Source of the DNA: a virus
Taxonomy: Duplodnaviria > Heunggongvirae > Uroviricota > Caudoviricetes
DNA: 17,048 bases
IMG/VR virus record: IMGVR_UViG_2713896834_000007
Location: 1-17,048 of that record
Strand: one strand, 5' to 3'
The first letter of the stretch is position 1. Each line of letters starts with the position of its first letter. The notes beneath the pieces were generated by a model. It worked only from the letters and a program-made list of their open reading frames with translations. It was not told where the DNA came from and did not search any database. The position numbers and the translations under genes were made by a program. This document shows positions 8,082-17,048 of the stretch, piece by piece.

Positions 8082-9012
8082 ATTAACCGGCTATGTATGG
8101 GATGGTTGCGCTGCATCAGGCATGAAATTATCCAGCGTGGCAATTATGGCCCGCCTGGCTGATTTCAGTAATGACGAAGGTGTGTGCTGGCCATCAATTG
8201 AAACCATTGCCCGCCAGATTGGCGCGGGGATGAGTACCGTCAGAACGGCTATCGCACGGCTGGAAGCAGAAGGCTGGTTAACGCGTAAGGCGCGTCGCCA
8301 GGGTAACCGCAATGCGTCGAATGTTTATCAGCTTAACGTTGCGAAGCTTCAGGCAGCGGCATTTTCTCAACTGTCAGATTCTGACCCGTCAAAATCTGAC
8401 GCATCAAAATCTGACCCGTCAAAATTTGATGCGTCGAAATCTGGCAAAAAAGCGGGTTTTCACCCGTCAGAATCTGGTGGGGATCCGTCAGTAAAATCAA
8501 AACATGATCCGTCAGATAAAAAAACTTCTCGTCCGGACGCTTCGCAACCGGACACGCAGACGGCTGAACAGGATTTTTTAACTCGCCATCCTGATGCGGT
8601 TGTATTCAGCCCTAAAAAGCGCCAGTGGGGAACGCAGGATGATTTGACCTGTGCACAGTGGCTCTGGAAAAAAATCATTGCCCTGTACGAGCAGGCCGCC
8701 GAATGTGACGGCGAGGTGGTTCGTCCCAAAGAACCGAACTGGACAGCCTGGGCAAACGAAATTCGCCTGATGTGTGTGCAGGATGGTCGTACTCACAAAC
8801 AAATCTGCGAGATGTACAGCCGCGTCAGCCGCGATCCGTTCTGGTGCCGTAACGTGCTCAGCCCGTCGAAGTTGCGGGAAAAATGGGATGAGCTTTCCCT
8901 GCGCTTATCGCCGTCCGTCAGCACGTACACCGAAAAACGCGAAGACCCGTACTTCAAAGCCAGTTACGACAACGTGGACTACAGCCAGATCCCGGCAGGA
9001 TTCAGGGGGTGA
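8071..9012 (+). CDS. Phage replication initiation protein (lambda O-like; N-terminal winged-helix DNA-binding domain, repetitive linker, C-terminal domain)
   Basis: 313 aa; N-terminal KLSSVAIMARLADFSNDEGVCWPSIETIARQIGAGMSTVRTAIARLEAEGWL wHTH; internal SKSDP/SKSDA/SKFDA peptide repeats encoded by DNA iterons; position after cro/cII-like genes. Confidence 0.8.
   Translation: MSTKLTGYVWDGCAASGMKLSSVAIMARLADFSNDEGVCWPSIETIARQIGAGMSTVRTAIARLEAEGWLTRKARRQGNRNASNVYQLNVAKLQAAAFSQLSDSDPSKSDASKSDPSKFDASKSGKKAGFHPSESGGDPSVKSKHDPSDKKTSRPDASQPDTQTAEQDFLTRHPDAVVFSPKKRQWGTQDDLTCAQWLWKKIIALYEQAAECDGEVVRPKEPNWTAWANEIRLMCVQDGRTHKQICEMYSRVSRDPFWCRNVLSPSKLREKWDELSLRLSPSVSTYTEKREDPYFKASYDNVDYSQIPAGFRG
8376..8530. 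repeat. Putative origin of replication: ~15 bp direct iterons plus A/T-rich tract inside the replication initiator gene
   Basis: Four to five tandem units AAAATCTGAC(C/G)C(G/A)TC (about 8376-8450), further CCGTCAG copies and A-rich runs (GGCAAAAAAGCGGG, GATAAAAAAACTTCTC) to about 8530; the same layout as lambda ori inside gene O. Confidence 0.55.
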
Positions 9013-9503
9013 TCATGAGTCTTTTGAATGAAGTTCAGAAATACATTGAAGCCCATCCGGGGTGTACTTCCGGAGACATTGCGGATGCTTTTGCTGGTTA
9101 CTCACGGCAGCGCGTTCTGCAGTCAGCAAGCAAGTTACGTCAGAGTGGGCGTGTGGCTCACCGTTGTGAAGGAGATACACGCAGACATTTCCCGCGCCTG
9201 ACTGAGAGAGCGCAGGAGCCGGAACCACAACCAGTTCGTGAAACCAGACCTGTGCGCAATTTCTATGTCGGCACTAACGATCCCCGGGTAATTTTGTGCC
9301 TGACCCGCCAGGCTGAAGAACTGGAGTCCAGGGGCTTATACCGTCGTGCTGCAACGGTGTGGATGGCGGCATTCCGTGAAAGCCATTCCCAGCCAGAACG
9401 AAACAATTTTCTGGCGCGTCGTGAGCAGTGTTTACGGAAAAGCAGCAAGCGCGCTGTATCGAGTGATGAGTGGTATCTGTCAGGGAATTACGTGGGGGCG
9501 TAA
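9009..9503 (+). CDS. yfdN: YfdN-like / PerC-family-like protein, 164 aa
   Basis: 164 aa ORF overlapping the upstream gene stop; size matches K-12 CPS-53 YfdN by recollection; C-terminal RRAATVWMAAFRES...ERNNFLARREQC segment resembles PerC-type regulators. Weakly supported. Confidence 0.45.
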   Translation: MIMSLLNEVQKYIEAHPGCTSGDIADAFAGYSRQRVLQSASKLRQSGRVAHRCEGDTRRHFPRLTERAQEPEPQPVRETRPVRNFYVGTNDPRVILCLTRQAEELESRGLYRRAATVWMAAFRESHSQPERNNFLARREQCLRKSSKRAVSSDEWYLSGNYVGA

Positions 9504-9829
9504 TGACGACGTTAACTCAATGCCAGCAGCAGGTGCTGGATATGCTGATTTCTTACCAGAAAGAACGTGGCTTCCCGCCAACCAATCAGGAGGTGGCAAC
9601 CATGCTGGGATACCGTTCAGTGAATGCAGCGGTGGAGCATCTTCGCGCACTGGAGAAAAAAGGCGTCATCACGATAAAGCGTGGCGTGGCCCGGGGGATC
9701 ACGCTTCATACCGCGGTGAAGGACGACGACAGCGAGGCGGTCGGTATCATCCGCGCACTGCTTGCCGGTGAGGAAAACGCCAGGCAGCGTGCAGCCCACT
9801 GGTTACATGAGAGGGGCCTGAAAGTATGA
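9503..9829 (+). CDS. LexA N-terminal DNA-binding-domain-only protein (no S24 peptidase domain), 108 aa
   Basis: MTTLTQCQQQVLDMLISYQKERGFPPTNQEVATMLGYRSVNAAVEHLRALEKKGVITIKRGVARGI aligns position-for-position with the E. coli LexA N-terminus ([63 protein letters not shown]); start at ATG 9503 overlapping the upstream stop (TAATG). Confidence 0.75.
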   Translation: MTTLTQCQQQVLDMLISYQKERGFPPTNQEVATMLGYRSVNAAVEHLRALEKKGVITIKRGVARGITLHTAVKDDDSEAVGIIRALLAGEENARQRAAHWLHERGLKV

Positions 9830-10215
9830 AGCTGATCTTGCCTTTCCCGCCCAGCGTGAACACGTACTGGCGACACCCCAACAAAGGGGCGTTTGCAGGT
9901 AAGAGCCTGATAAGCGCGGCGGGGCGCAAATTCCAGAGCGCGGCGTGTGCAGCAATAGTTGAGCAGTTACGTCGTCTGCCAAAACCAACGTCGGCACCTG
10001 CTTCAGTGGAGATCGTGTTGTTTCCTCCGGATAACCGGATCCGCGATCTGGACAACTATAACAAGGCGCTGTTTGACGCCCTGACCCACGCGGGTGTGTG
10101 GGAAGACGACAGCCAGGTGAAAAGAATGCTGGTGGAGTGGGGACCGGTTATCCCGGAAGGGAAGGTCGAGATCACTATCAGTAAGTACGAGAAAACGGCG
10201 GGTGCAGCCGCCTGA
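9826..10215 (+). CDS. rusA: RusA-family Holliday junction resolvase
   Basis: 129 aa; LPFPPSVNTYWRH ... NRIRDLDNYNKALFDALTHAGVWEDDSQV with the conserved RusA Asp cluster; ATGA overlap with the upstream gene; typical nin-region location. Confidence 0.85.
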   Translation: MKLILPFPPSVNTYWRHPNKGAFAGKSLISAAGRKFQSAACAAIVEQLRRLPKPTSAPASVEIVLFPPDNRIRDLDNYNKALFDALTHAGVWEDDSQVKRMLVEWGPVIPEGKVEITISKYEKTAGAAA

Positions 10216-10234
10216 TCAAGAGGAGAAACGAAGT

Positions 10235-11032
10235 ATGAATAATCTGATGGTCATTGATGGTATTGAAGTTCGTCGTGATGCTTATGGGCGTTACAGCCTG
10301 AACGATCTGCACAGGGCTGCTGGTTCTCTGGATAAGCATAAGCCTGCATTCTGGCTCCGCAATGAGCAAACTGAACGTTTAATAAGCGAGTTGCAGATTT
10401 GCAACTCGGTCAATATAGAGCCAGTTAACGTTATTCGTGGCGGAAATAACCAGGGGACGTATGTCTGCAAAGAACTGGTGTATGCCTATGCAATGTGGAT
10501 CAGCCCGTCATTCCATCTGAAGGTGATCCGTACTTTCGACATGGTAACCAGCGCACCGGAAAAATTATCCGGACAGGCTGCTGACAAGATGCAGGCTGGT
10601 GTGATTCTGCTGGACTTTATGCGCCGGGAATTAAACCTGTCTAACTCTTCAGTGCTTGGTGCCTGTCAGAAACTCCAGGAGGCTGTTGGCTTACCGAATC
10701 TGGCACCGCGCTATGCCATTGATGCTCCTGCTGACGCGCCTGATGGCTCAAGCCGCCCCACGCTGTCACTGAGTGCACTGCTGAAGCAGTATGGTATCCG
10801 CCTGACAGCTAATCAGGCATATCACCAGATGGTGAAGCTGGGGATCGTCGAGCAGCGCGAACGATACAGCCGTACCGCGATTAACAACATCAAAAAATTC
10901 TGGTCGCTGACAGCGAAAGGCTGCATGTTCGGCAAGAATATCACCAGTCCCGCAAATCCGCGCGAGACGCAGCCGCATTTCTTCGAATCCCGATTCCCTG
11001 AGCTGTTAAAGCTGCTCGATACCGTTCATTGA
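10235..11032 (+). CDS. KilA-N domain protein (antirepressor-like)
   Basis: Start at MNNLMVIDGIEVRRDAYGRYSLNDLHRAAG with AAGAGGAG RBS upstream; N-terminal KilA-N-type domain (KPAFWLRNEQTERLI ... YVCKELVYAYAMWISPSFHLKV), C-terminal domain unassigned. Confidence 0.7.
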   Translation: MNNLMVIDGIEVRRDAYGRYSLNDLHRAAGSLDKHKPAFWLRNEQTERLISELQICNSVNIEPVNVIRGGNNQGTYVCKELVYAYAMWISPSFHLKVIRTFDMVTSAPEKLSGQAADKMQAGVILLDFMRRELNLSNSSVLGACQKLQEAVGLPNLAPRYAIDAPADAPDGSSRPTLSLSALLKQYGIRLTANQAYHQMVKLGIVEQRERYSRTAINNIKKFWSLTAKGCMFGKNITSPANPRETQPHFFESRFPELLKLLDTVH

Positions 11033-11033
11033 G

Positions 11034-11612
11034 GTGACCGTGAGAGCACTACTGACCCCTGAAATTGCCCCGCGTATGGGGATCGTATTGTTCAGGCCAG
11101 GTTCAGAGTTGATGCCCCTGTTTATGCAGGGGCGTGTCCTGCTGGAGCCTGAGCCGGAACGTTATTCATCTTTCGCCAGTGGTGCAGTTCCGGCGGCATC
11201 ACAACCGCTGGCGGATGATCCTGCCGTTCGGGCCGTGTTCCGCAATGAGGCAGTGATCCGTCGTGCTGGTGGCGTGGAATGTCTTGAAAGCTGGTTACTT
11301 CGTGAAAAAAGCTGCCAGTGGCCTCATTCCGACTGGCACAGCGAGAACATGACCACAATGCGACACGCTCCGGGCGCAATCCGTCTGTGCTGGCACTGCG
11401 ATAACCAGCTGCGCGATCAGTTCACGGAACGGCTGGAATCAATGGCAACGGATAACTGTGCCCGCTGGGTGTTGTCTGTTGTGCGTCGGGATCTCGGTTT
11501 TGATGACAGTCACGTTGTGACAATGCCGGAACTGTGCTGGTGGCTGATTCGTAATGATCTGGCGGATGCCTTTCTGGTGTTGAGTTTGATGGTTCCAGAG
11601 ATATTACTTTAA
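11034..11612 (+). CDS. Hypothetical Cys/His-containing protein; 3' end probably disrupted at the prophage internal deletion junction
   Basis: 192 aa, GTG start; contains CQWPHSDWH ... LCWHCDNQ (possible metal-binding); its last ~18 codons overlap, out of frame, the open tail-fibre reading frame that begins by 11558. Confidence 0.35.
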   Translation: MTVRALLTPEIAPRMGIVLFRPGSELMPLFMQGRVLLEPEPERYSSFASGAVPAASQPLADDPAVRAVFRNEAVIRRAGGVECLESWLLREKSCQWPHSDWHSENMTTMRHAPGAIRLCWHCDNQLRDQFTERLESMATDNCARWVLSVVRRDLGFDDSHVVTMPELCWWLIRNDLADAFLVLSLMVPEILL

Positions 11613-12538
11613 CCGCCGCGCATGTGGCTGCTTTTGCCAGAAGGGCAACGGATACATATGCCGATGCGGATGGTGGCGTTCCCTGGAATGCCGAATCAGG
11701 CGCTTACAATGTCACCCGCTCTGGCGACACCTATATTCTGGTTAACTTCTATACCGGAGTCGGAAGTTGCCGGACCCTGCAGATGAAGGCGCATTACAGA
11801 AATGGAGGTCTGTTCTACCGTTCCTCAAGAGATGGCTATGGTTTTGAGGAAGGCTGGGCAGAAGTTTATACCTCGAAAAATCTTCCACCAGAAAGCTACC
11901 CAGTTGGCGCACCAATCCCGTGGCCATCAGATACCGTTCCGTCTGGTTATGCCCTGATGCAGGGGCAGACTTTTGACAAATCTGCTTACCCGAAACTTGC
12001 AGCGGCTTATCCGTCAGGCGTGATCCCTGATATGCGTGGCTGGATGATTAAGGGCAAGCCCGCCAGTGGTCGGGCCGTATTGTCTCAGGAACAGGACGGC
12101 ATTAAATCGCACACCCACAGCGCCAGCGCATCCAGTACGGATTTGGGGACGAAAACCACATCGTCGTTTGATTACGGCACTAAATCCACGAATAACACTG
12201 GTGCGCATACCCATAGTGTTAGCGGTACGGCTGCTTCAGCCGGTGCACATACCCATTCGATGACATTTGTTTCAGGTGGTTCCAGTGGTGCTCCGGGAAG
12301 TGGATCACCTGATTATTCTAAATACAGTGTTAACACTTCTTCTGCAGGCGCTCATACGCACTCTGTATCGGGTACTGCTGCAAGCGCAGGTGCACACGCA
12401 CATACTGTCGGTATTGGTGCTCATACGCACTCCGTTGCGATTGGTTCACATGGACATACCATCACCGTTAACGCTGCTGGTAACGCGGAAAACACCGTCA
12501 AAAACATCGCATTTAACTATATTGTGAGGCTTGCATAA
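11558..12538 (+). pseudogene. 5'-truncated side tail fibre gene (C-terminal fragment)
   Basis: Reading frame is open from 11558 (after an in-frame TGA at 11555-11557) with no proper start; tail-fibre-like sequence ([12 protein letters not shown] ... repeated [20 protein letters not shown]); first in-frame GTG at 11624; followed directly by tfa. Confidence 0.7.
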
Positions 12539-13122
12539 TGGCATTCAGAATGAGTGAACAACCACGGACCATAAAAATTTATAATCTGCTGGCCGGAACT
12601 AATGAATTTATTGGTGAAGGTGACGCATATATTCCGCCTCATACAGGTCTGCCAGCAAACAGTACCGATATTGCACCGCCAGATATTCCGGCAGGCTTCG
12701 TGGCTGTTTTCAACAGTGATGAGGCATCGTGGCATCTCGTTGAAGATCATCGGGGTAAAACGGTTTATGACGTGGCTTCCGGCGACGCGTTATTTATTTC
12801 TGAACTCGGTCCGTTACCGGAAAATGCCACTTGGTTATCCCCGGAAGGGGAGTTTCAGAAGTGGAACGGCACAGCCTGGGTGAAAGATGCAGAAGCAGAA
12901 AAACTGTTCCGGATCCGGGAGGCGGAAGAAACAAAAAACAGCCTGATGCAGGTAGCCAGTGAGCATATTGCGCCACTTCAGGATGCTGTAGATCTGGAAA
13001 TCGCAACGGAGGAAGAAACCTCATTGCTGGAAGCCTGGAAAAAGTATCGGGTGTTGCTGAACCGTGTTGATACATCAACTGCACCGGATATTGAGTGGCC
13101 AGAAGAACCAGACACCGTGTAA
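12538..13122 (+). CDS. tfa: Tail fibre assembly protein (Tfa)
   Basis: 194 aa; start ATG overlaps tail-fibre stop (ATAATG); N-terminal [62 protein letters not shown] is typical of lambda-type Tfa chaperones. Confidence 0.8.
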   Translation: MAFRMSEQPRTIKIYNLLAGTNEFIGEGDAYIPPHTGLPANSTDIAPPDIPAGFVAVFNSDEASWHLVEDHRGKTVYDVASGDALFISELGPLPENATWLSPEGEFQKWNGTAWVKDAEAEKLFRIREAEETKNSLMQVASEHIAPLQDAVDLEIATEEETSLLEAWKKYRVLLNRVDTSTAPDIEWPEEPDTV

Positions 13123-13133
13123 GCAAAAAAGAA

Positions 13134-13172
13134 AAACCGCAGACACGACGTATGCATGACGTGCTGCGGTTT
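13134..13172. terminator. Bidirectional intrinsic terminator between tfa (+) and the GIY-YIG gene (-)
   Basis: AAACCGCAG ... CTGCGGTTT 9 bp stem enclosing a near-palindromic ATGCAT-centred loop; A-tract upstream (GCAAAAAAGAAAAA) and T-rich downstream, so each strand sees a hairpin followed by a U-tract. Confidence 0.6.
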
Positions 13173-13191
13173 ATGCTTATCACTTAAAGAC

Positions 13192-14010
<819 letters not shown>

Positions 14011-14371
14011 TCATTGCAAGGGCTCACAACCAGTAGTGTTGAGAAAACCATCGGAGAAATGAGGCTAAGCCTTTGAATTTACATAGTACAAAAAAGATAC
14101 TTTTCCTCATAATGTGAGCTAATTTTATGTTTCGTTTGATGATTGGACCGGTCTCGAAAACCGTAGACACATAGTATGCGTTAATTTATGAACAAACTAC
14201 TTGTCTGCTGTTTTTCTGTCATTAGTCGTATATAGAATGATTCTCTATGCCTAACAAAGCATCACCAGTGCTAGATTACGTTGTAGTCACTGTTTAAATA
14301 TCCAGATAAAACATTTCCTTCTGGGTTGAATGAGTGATAAAGTTTCACCCATTAGACCCCTTGGAGGAATT

Positions 14372-15805
14372 ATGTCTGAATTTGAAGTGTTGGCACAGCA
14401 TCTGCTGAAGGAAGCCGAGGCGGAAGAAAAGCTGCGACAGGAAAATGATAAAAAGCTTATCGAGAAAGTGCTGGAAATCTATGATCAGAAGTATGTGGCT
14501 GAATTACTGAGAAAAGTCGGAAAAAATGAGTGGAGCCGTGAAACCATTAACCGCTGGATTAATGGCAAGTGTTTACCAAAATCGTTGACTTCAGTAGAAG
14601 AGTCTCTTCTGCGTAAGATGCTACCAGAACCACCTGCAAACCATCCGGAATATGCTTTCCGCTTCATTGACTTATTTGCTGGAATTGGAGGGATACGGAA
14701 AGGTTTTGAGGCCATTGGAGGCCAGTGTGTTTTTACCAGTGAATGGAATAAAGATGCTGTGCGTACATACAAGGCCAACTGGTTTAACGATGAACAGGTG
14801 CATAAATTCAATCTCGATATTCGGGAAGTCACGCTGAGTGATAAAACCGATGTATTGGAAACGGATGCTTATGCATATATTGATGAGCATGTGCCGGATC
14901 ATGATGTGCTTCTTGCGGGGTTCCCGTGCCAGCCATTTAGCCTTGCTGGTGTTAGTAAGAAAAACTCACTTGGTCGTGCGCATGGTTTTGAATGTGAAGC
15001 ACAAGGAACACTTTTTTTTGACGTGGCACGTATTATACGAGCAAAAAAACCGGCAATTTTTGTGCTGGAAAATGTCAAAAATCTGAAGAGCCATGATAAG
15101 GGTAAAACTTTCAAAGTCATTATGGAGACCCTTGACGAGCTGGGCTACGAAGTTGCCGATGCTGCAGAAATGGGAAAAAACGATCCAAAGATTATCGATG
15201 GGAAGCATTTTTTGCCTCAGCATCGTGAACGCATTGTTCTGGTCGGATTTAGACGAGATCTGAATATTCACAAGGGGTTTACCTTGCGTGATATCAGTCG
15301 TTTTTATCCGGAACACCGCCCATCATTTGGTGAATTGCTGGAGCCTGTAGTCGACAGTAAATATATACTTACGCCAAAACTATGGGAGTACCTTTATAAC
15401 TACGCCAAAAAGCATGCAGCCAAGGGGAATGGTTTTGGCTTTGGGTTGGTCAATCCTGAGAATAAGGAAAGCATTGCACGCACACTTTCTGCCAGATATC
15501 ACAAAGACGGATCAGAAATTCTTATTGATCGTGGTTGGGATATGGCAACGGGAGAGGCTGACTTTATGAATGAGAGTAATCAGGCTCGTCGACCACGCAG
15601 GCTGACTCCCCGAGAGTGCGCACGCCTTATGGGATTTGAAAAACCTGGAGGGAAACCATTCCGTATTCCGGTTTCAGATACTCAGTCATATCGGCAGTTC
15701 GGTAACTCAGTTGTGGTGCCAGTATTTGAAGCTGTTGCCAGACTTCTGGAACCCTATATCCTCAAAGCTGTTTCTGCTGATGCTGGTAAGACTGGGCAGC
15801 CTTGA
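14372..15805 (+). CDS. ecoRIIM: DNA-cytosine C5-methyltransferase, Dcm / M.EcoRII-like (CCWGG-type), 477 aa
   Basis: Start taken at MSEFEVLAQ (ATG 14372) with GGAGGA RBS, not the upstream in-frame ATG at 14330; motifs [16 protein letters not shown] (AdoMet binding), [11 protein letters not shown] (catalytic PCQ), [16 protein letters not shown]; long stretches near-identical to E. coli Dcm as I recall it. No vsr follows; it is paired with an EcoRII-like endonuclease instead. Confidence 0.9.
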   Translation: MSEFEVLAQHLLKEAEAEEKLRQENDKKLIEKVLEIYDQKYVAELLRKVGKNEWSRETINRWINGKCLPKSLTSVEESLLRKMLPEPPANHPEYAFRFIDLFAGIGGIRKGFEAIGGQCVFTSEWNKDAVRTYKANWFNDEQVHKFNLDIREVTLSDKTDVLETDAYAYIDEHVPDHDVLLAGFPCQPFSLAGVSKKNSLGRAHGFECEAQGTLFFDVARIIRAKKPAIFVLENVKNLKSHDKGKTFKVIMETLDELGYEVADAAEMGKNDPKIIDGKHFLPQHRERIVLVGFRRDLNIHKGFTLRDISRFYPEHRPSFGELLEPVVDSKYILTPKLWEYLYNYAKKHAAKGNGFGFGLVNPENKESIARTLSARYHKDGSEILIDRGWDMATGEADFMNESNQARRPRRLTPRECARLMGFEKPGGKPFRIPVSDTQSYRQFGNSVVVPVFEAVARLLEPYILKAVSADAGKTGQP

Positions 15806-15811
15806 GAACAT

Positions 15812-15834
15812 CTCCCGGCCTTTTAAGCCGGGAG
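15812..15834. terminator. Bidirectional terminator shared by the convergent M and R genes
   Basis: CTCCCGGC-cttttaa-GCCGGGAG perfect 8 bp stem sitting in the 34 nt gap between the two stop codons. Confidence 0.6.
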
Positions 15835-15839
15835 TCAGC

Positions 15840-17048
15840 CTATGATAGTTCAGCGTAAAGCTCTATCAGCTCAGTAATGAATGCTCCGAGCGTTATTAAT
15901 TCTTCTCTAACTGCTTCTGGGTATTTTTTATGTAAAGTTGATGGTACAACGAGTCTGACACCCGCATCTTTCATTTCTCGGTATTGTGCTGAAGAAACAC
16001 CTTCTTGCAGTGTAAATAAATGTACCTGATGGATTTTATCTGCTTCATTCAGTATCTGACGCCAGCGATCTTTGCAGGTGGTCTTTACTGCCAGCATACG
16101 TAAGTTTTCTACAGGAAATTCAACGTTATGATATGCCTCTGCTGAAGGAAACAGGAAATCTGGTTTTTTATTACCTTCAGTAACTGCCTGAGTGGAGAAA
16201 TGCCGTAGTCCGTGCTCGATAAAAAGCTTCTCTAGGTGAAGTTCAAGTGATTTGCCTGCCCTTGATTTACGTCGATTACTGACAGAGTTGGCTAATGCAA
16301 TAAACTCATCTACAGAATCGAATCCTTTCTTAATAATATCAAGAACATGTAATTCCTCGACGAGTAGAAAAATATCATACTCGACACGCCGACGGTCAAT
16401 CAGTTGCTCATCTGGATCCTTGGAGTTTTTAGCATAATGGCCAGCAGCATATTGAATAATTTCGTTTCCAGAAGGAAAACGCTTCTTCCAGTCTTCAGGA
16501 ATAACATATTTATGATTTACTGGAGTTTGCTGAAGAGACAATCCGCCCAAAATTTGTCCGGCAGGGCCGGAAATTAGGGTTCCAGGTATGATTTCGCCAA
16601 TAGCAGACTCGATGATATCCTCTTCATCGGGATTGACGCAGACCCATATATCTACCTCGGAACAGTCAGTGTTCTGTTCGTTTAACCTGAAAGCAAGAAT
16701 TGTGAGGGCTCCTGTATTTTCAGGGTTCTGTAATGGACTTCCTCTCCCCCAGCGCGTAATTCTTTTTTCGTTTCGGGTCTTACCAAAATAACGGTTGTTG
16801 TAATAAATTGCGCGTGCTTGGGTATCAGGGCAATCATGGGATGATACATGCGCAGTAAGGAAGACTGAAGGGTTCAGTTCGCGAGTATGATTGATAGATG
16901 GAAAAAGCTTTTCAACGATATTTGAGGGGATATAAAGTCCGACCTGATGGCCACCTGTTGCGCCTGTGTCGTTTGCAGAAAGGCGTTTGATGTAGATAAA
17001 GTAATTCCCGCTTGCGATATCAAGCAGCCAGTTATGAAAAACCGACAT
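15840..17048 (-). CDS. ecoRIIR: Type II restriction endonuclease, EcoRII-like (complete; start codon at the window edge)
   Basis: 402 aa, MSVFHNWLLDIASGNYFIYIKRLSANDTGATGGHQVGLYIPS... matches the R.EcoRII N-terminus and overall sequence as I recall it (EcoRII is ~404 aa); ATG occupies 17048-17046; convergent with the Dcm-like methyltransferase. Confidence 0.88.
   Translation of the reverse strand: MSVFHNWLLDIASGNYFIYIKRLSANDTGATGGHQVGLYIPSNIVEKLFPSINHTRELNPSVFLTAHVSSHDCPDTQARAIYYNNRYFGKTRNEKRITRWGRGSPLQNPENTGALTILAFRLNEQNTDCSEVDIWVCVNPDEEDIIESAIGEIIPGTLISGPAGQILGGLSLQQTPVNHKYVIPEDWKKRFPSGNEIIQYAAGHYAKNSKDPDEQLIDRRRVEYDIFLLVEELHVLDIIKKGFDSVDEFIALANSVSNRRKSRAGKSLELHLEKLFIEHGLRHFSTQAVTEGNKKPDFLFPSAEAYHNVEFPVENLRMLAVKTTCKDRWRQILNEADKIHQVHLFTLQEGVSSAQYREMKDAGVRLVVPSTLHKKYPEAVREELITLGAFITELIELYAELS

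Noticed and set aside
8376-8450. Short tandem repeats as a possible CRISPR array
   Set aside because: The units are contiguous 15 bp iterons with no spacers, lie in-frame inside the replication initiator gene, and are followed by an A/T-rich tract; this is an origin, not CRISPR.
12100-12470. Repeated GAHTHS-encoding DNA in the tail-fibre fragment as a separate repeat element or phase-variation tract
   Set aside because: These are imperfect in-frame sequence repeats typical of tail-fibre repeat domains, not simple-sequence or invertible-segment repeats; no flanking inverted repeats or recombinase were seen.
14485-15316. Several 60-116 aa ORFs on both strands inside the methyltransferase gene
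   Set aside because: They are embedded in or antisense to a strongly supported methyltransferase ORF; this A/T-rich recently acquired DNA gives many chance ORFs.
15806-15839. A vsr (very-short-patch repair endonuclease) gene overlapping the 3' end of the Dcm-like gene, as in the chromosomal dcm-vsr locus
   Set aside because: No such ORF exists; the methyltransferase is followed 34 nt later by the stop of the convergent EcoRII-like endonuclease, so the locus is an R-M module, not dcm-vsr.

Overview
The window begins in conserved chromosome (complete proA, then tRNA-Thr with anticodon CGT, thrW-type) and from about 1.45 kb to the window end is a defective lambdoid prophage integrated at the tRNA. 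Leftward from the tRNA: P22-type integrase and excisionase, then a five-gene early-left block whose sizes and sequences match the E. coli K-12 CPS-53 YfdT/S/R/Q/P set as I recall it, then a ~600 nt structured untranslated leader. The immunity region follows: CI-like repressor (HTH plus S24 peptidase) divergent from a Cro-like gene, with repeated TTGCG operator half-sites. Rightward: CII/YdaT-like gene, a frame-ambiguous small gene, an O-like replication initiator with internal iterons (ori), a YfdN/PerC-like gene, a LexA DNA-binding-domain-only protein, RusA, and a KilA-N protein. The Q/lysis/head/tail modules are missing: a 5'-truncated side-tail-fibre gene abuts the early region, followed by tfa. 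Distal to tfa is a cargo slot holding an unassigned GIY-YIG nuclease-domain gene and a complete EcoRII-like restriction-modification pair (Dcm-family methyltransferase convergent with an EcoRII-like endonuclease). The most interesting items are the orphan GIY-YIG gene beside the R-M system, the long N-less structured PL leader, and the LexA-DBD-only protein. All calls rest on reading the supplied translations and sequence by eye; no database search was run.
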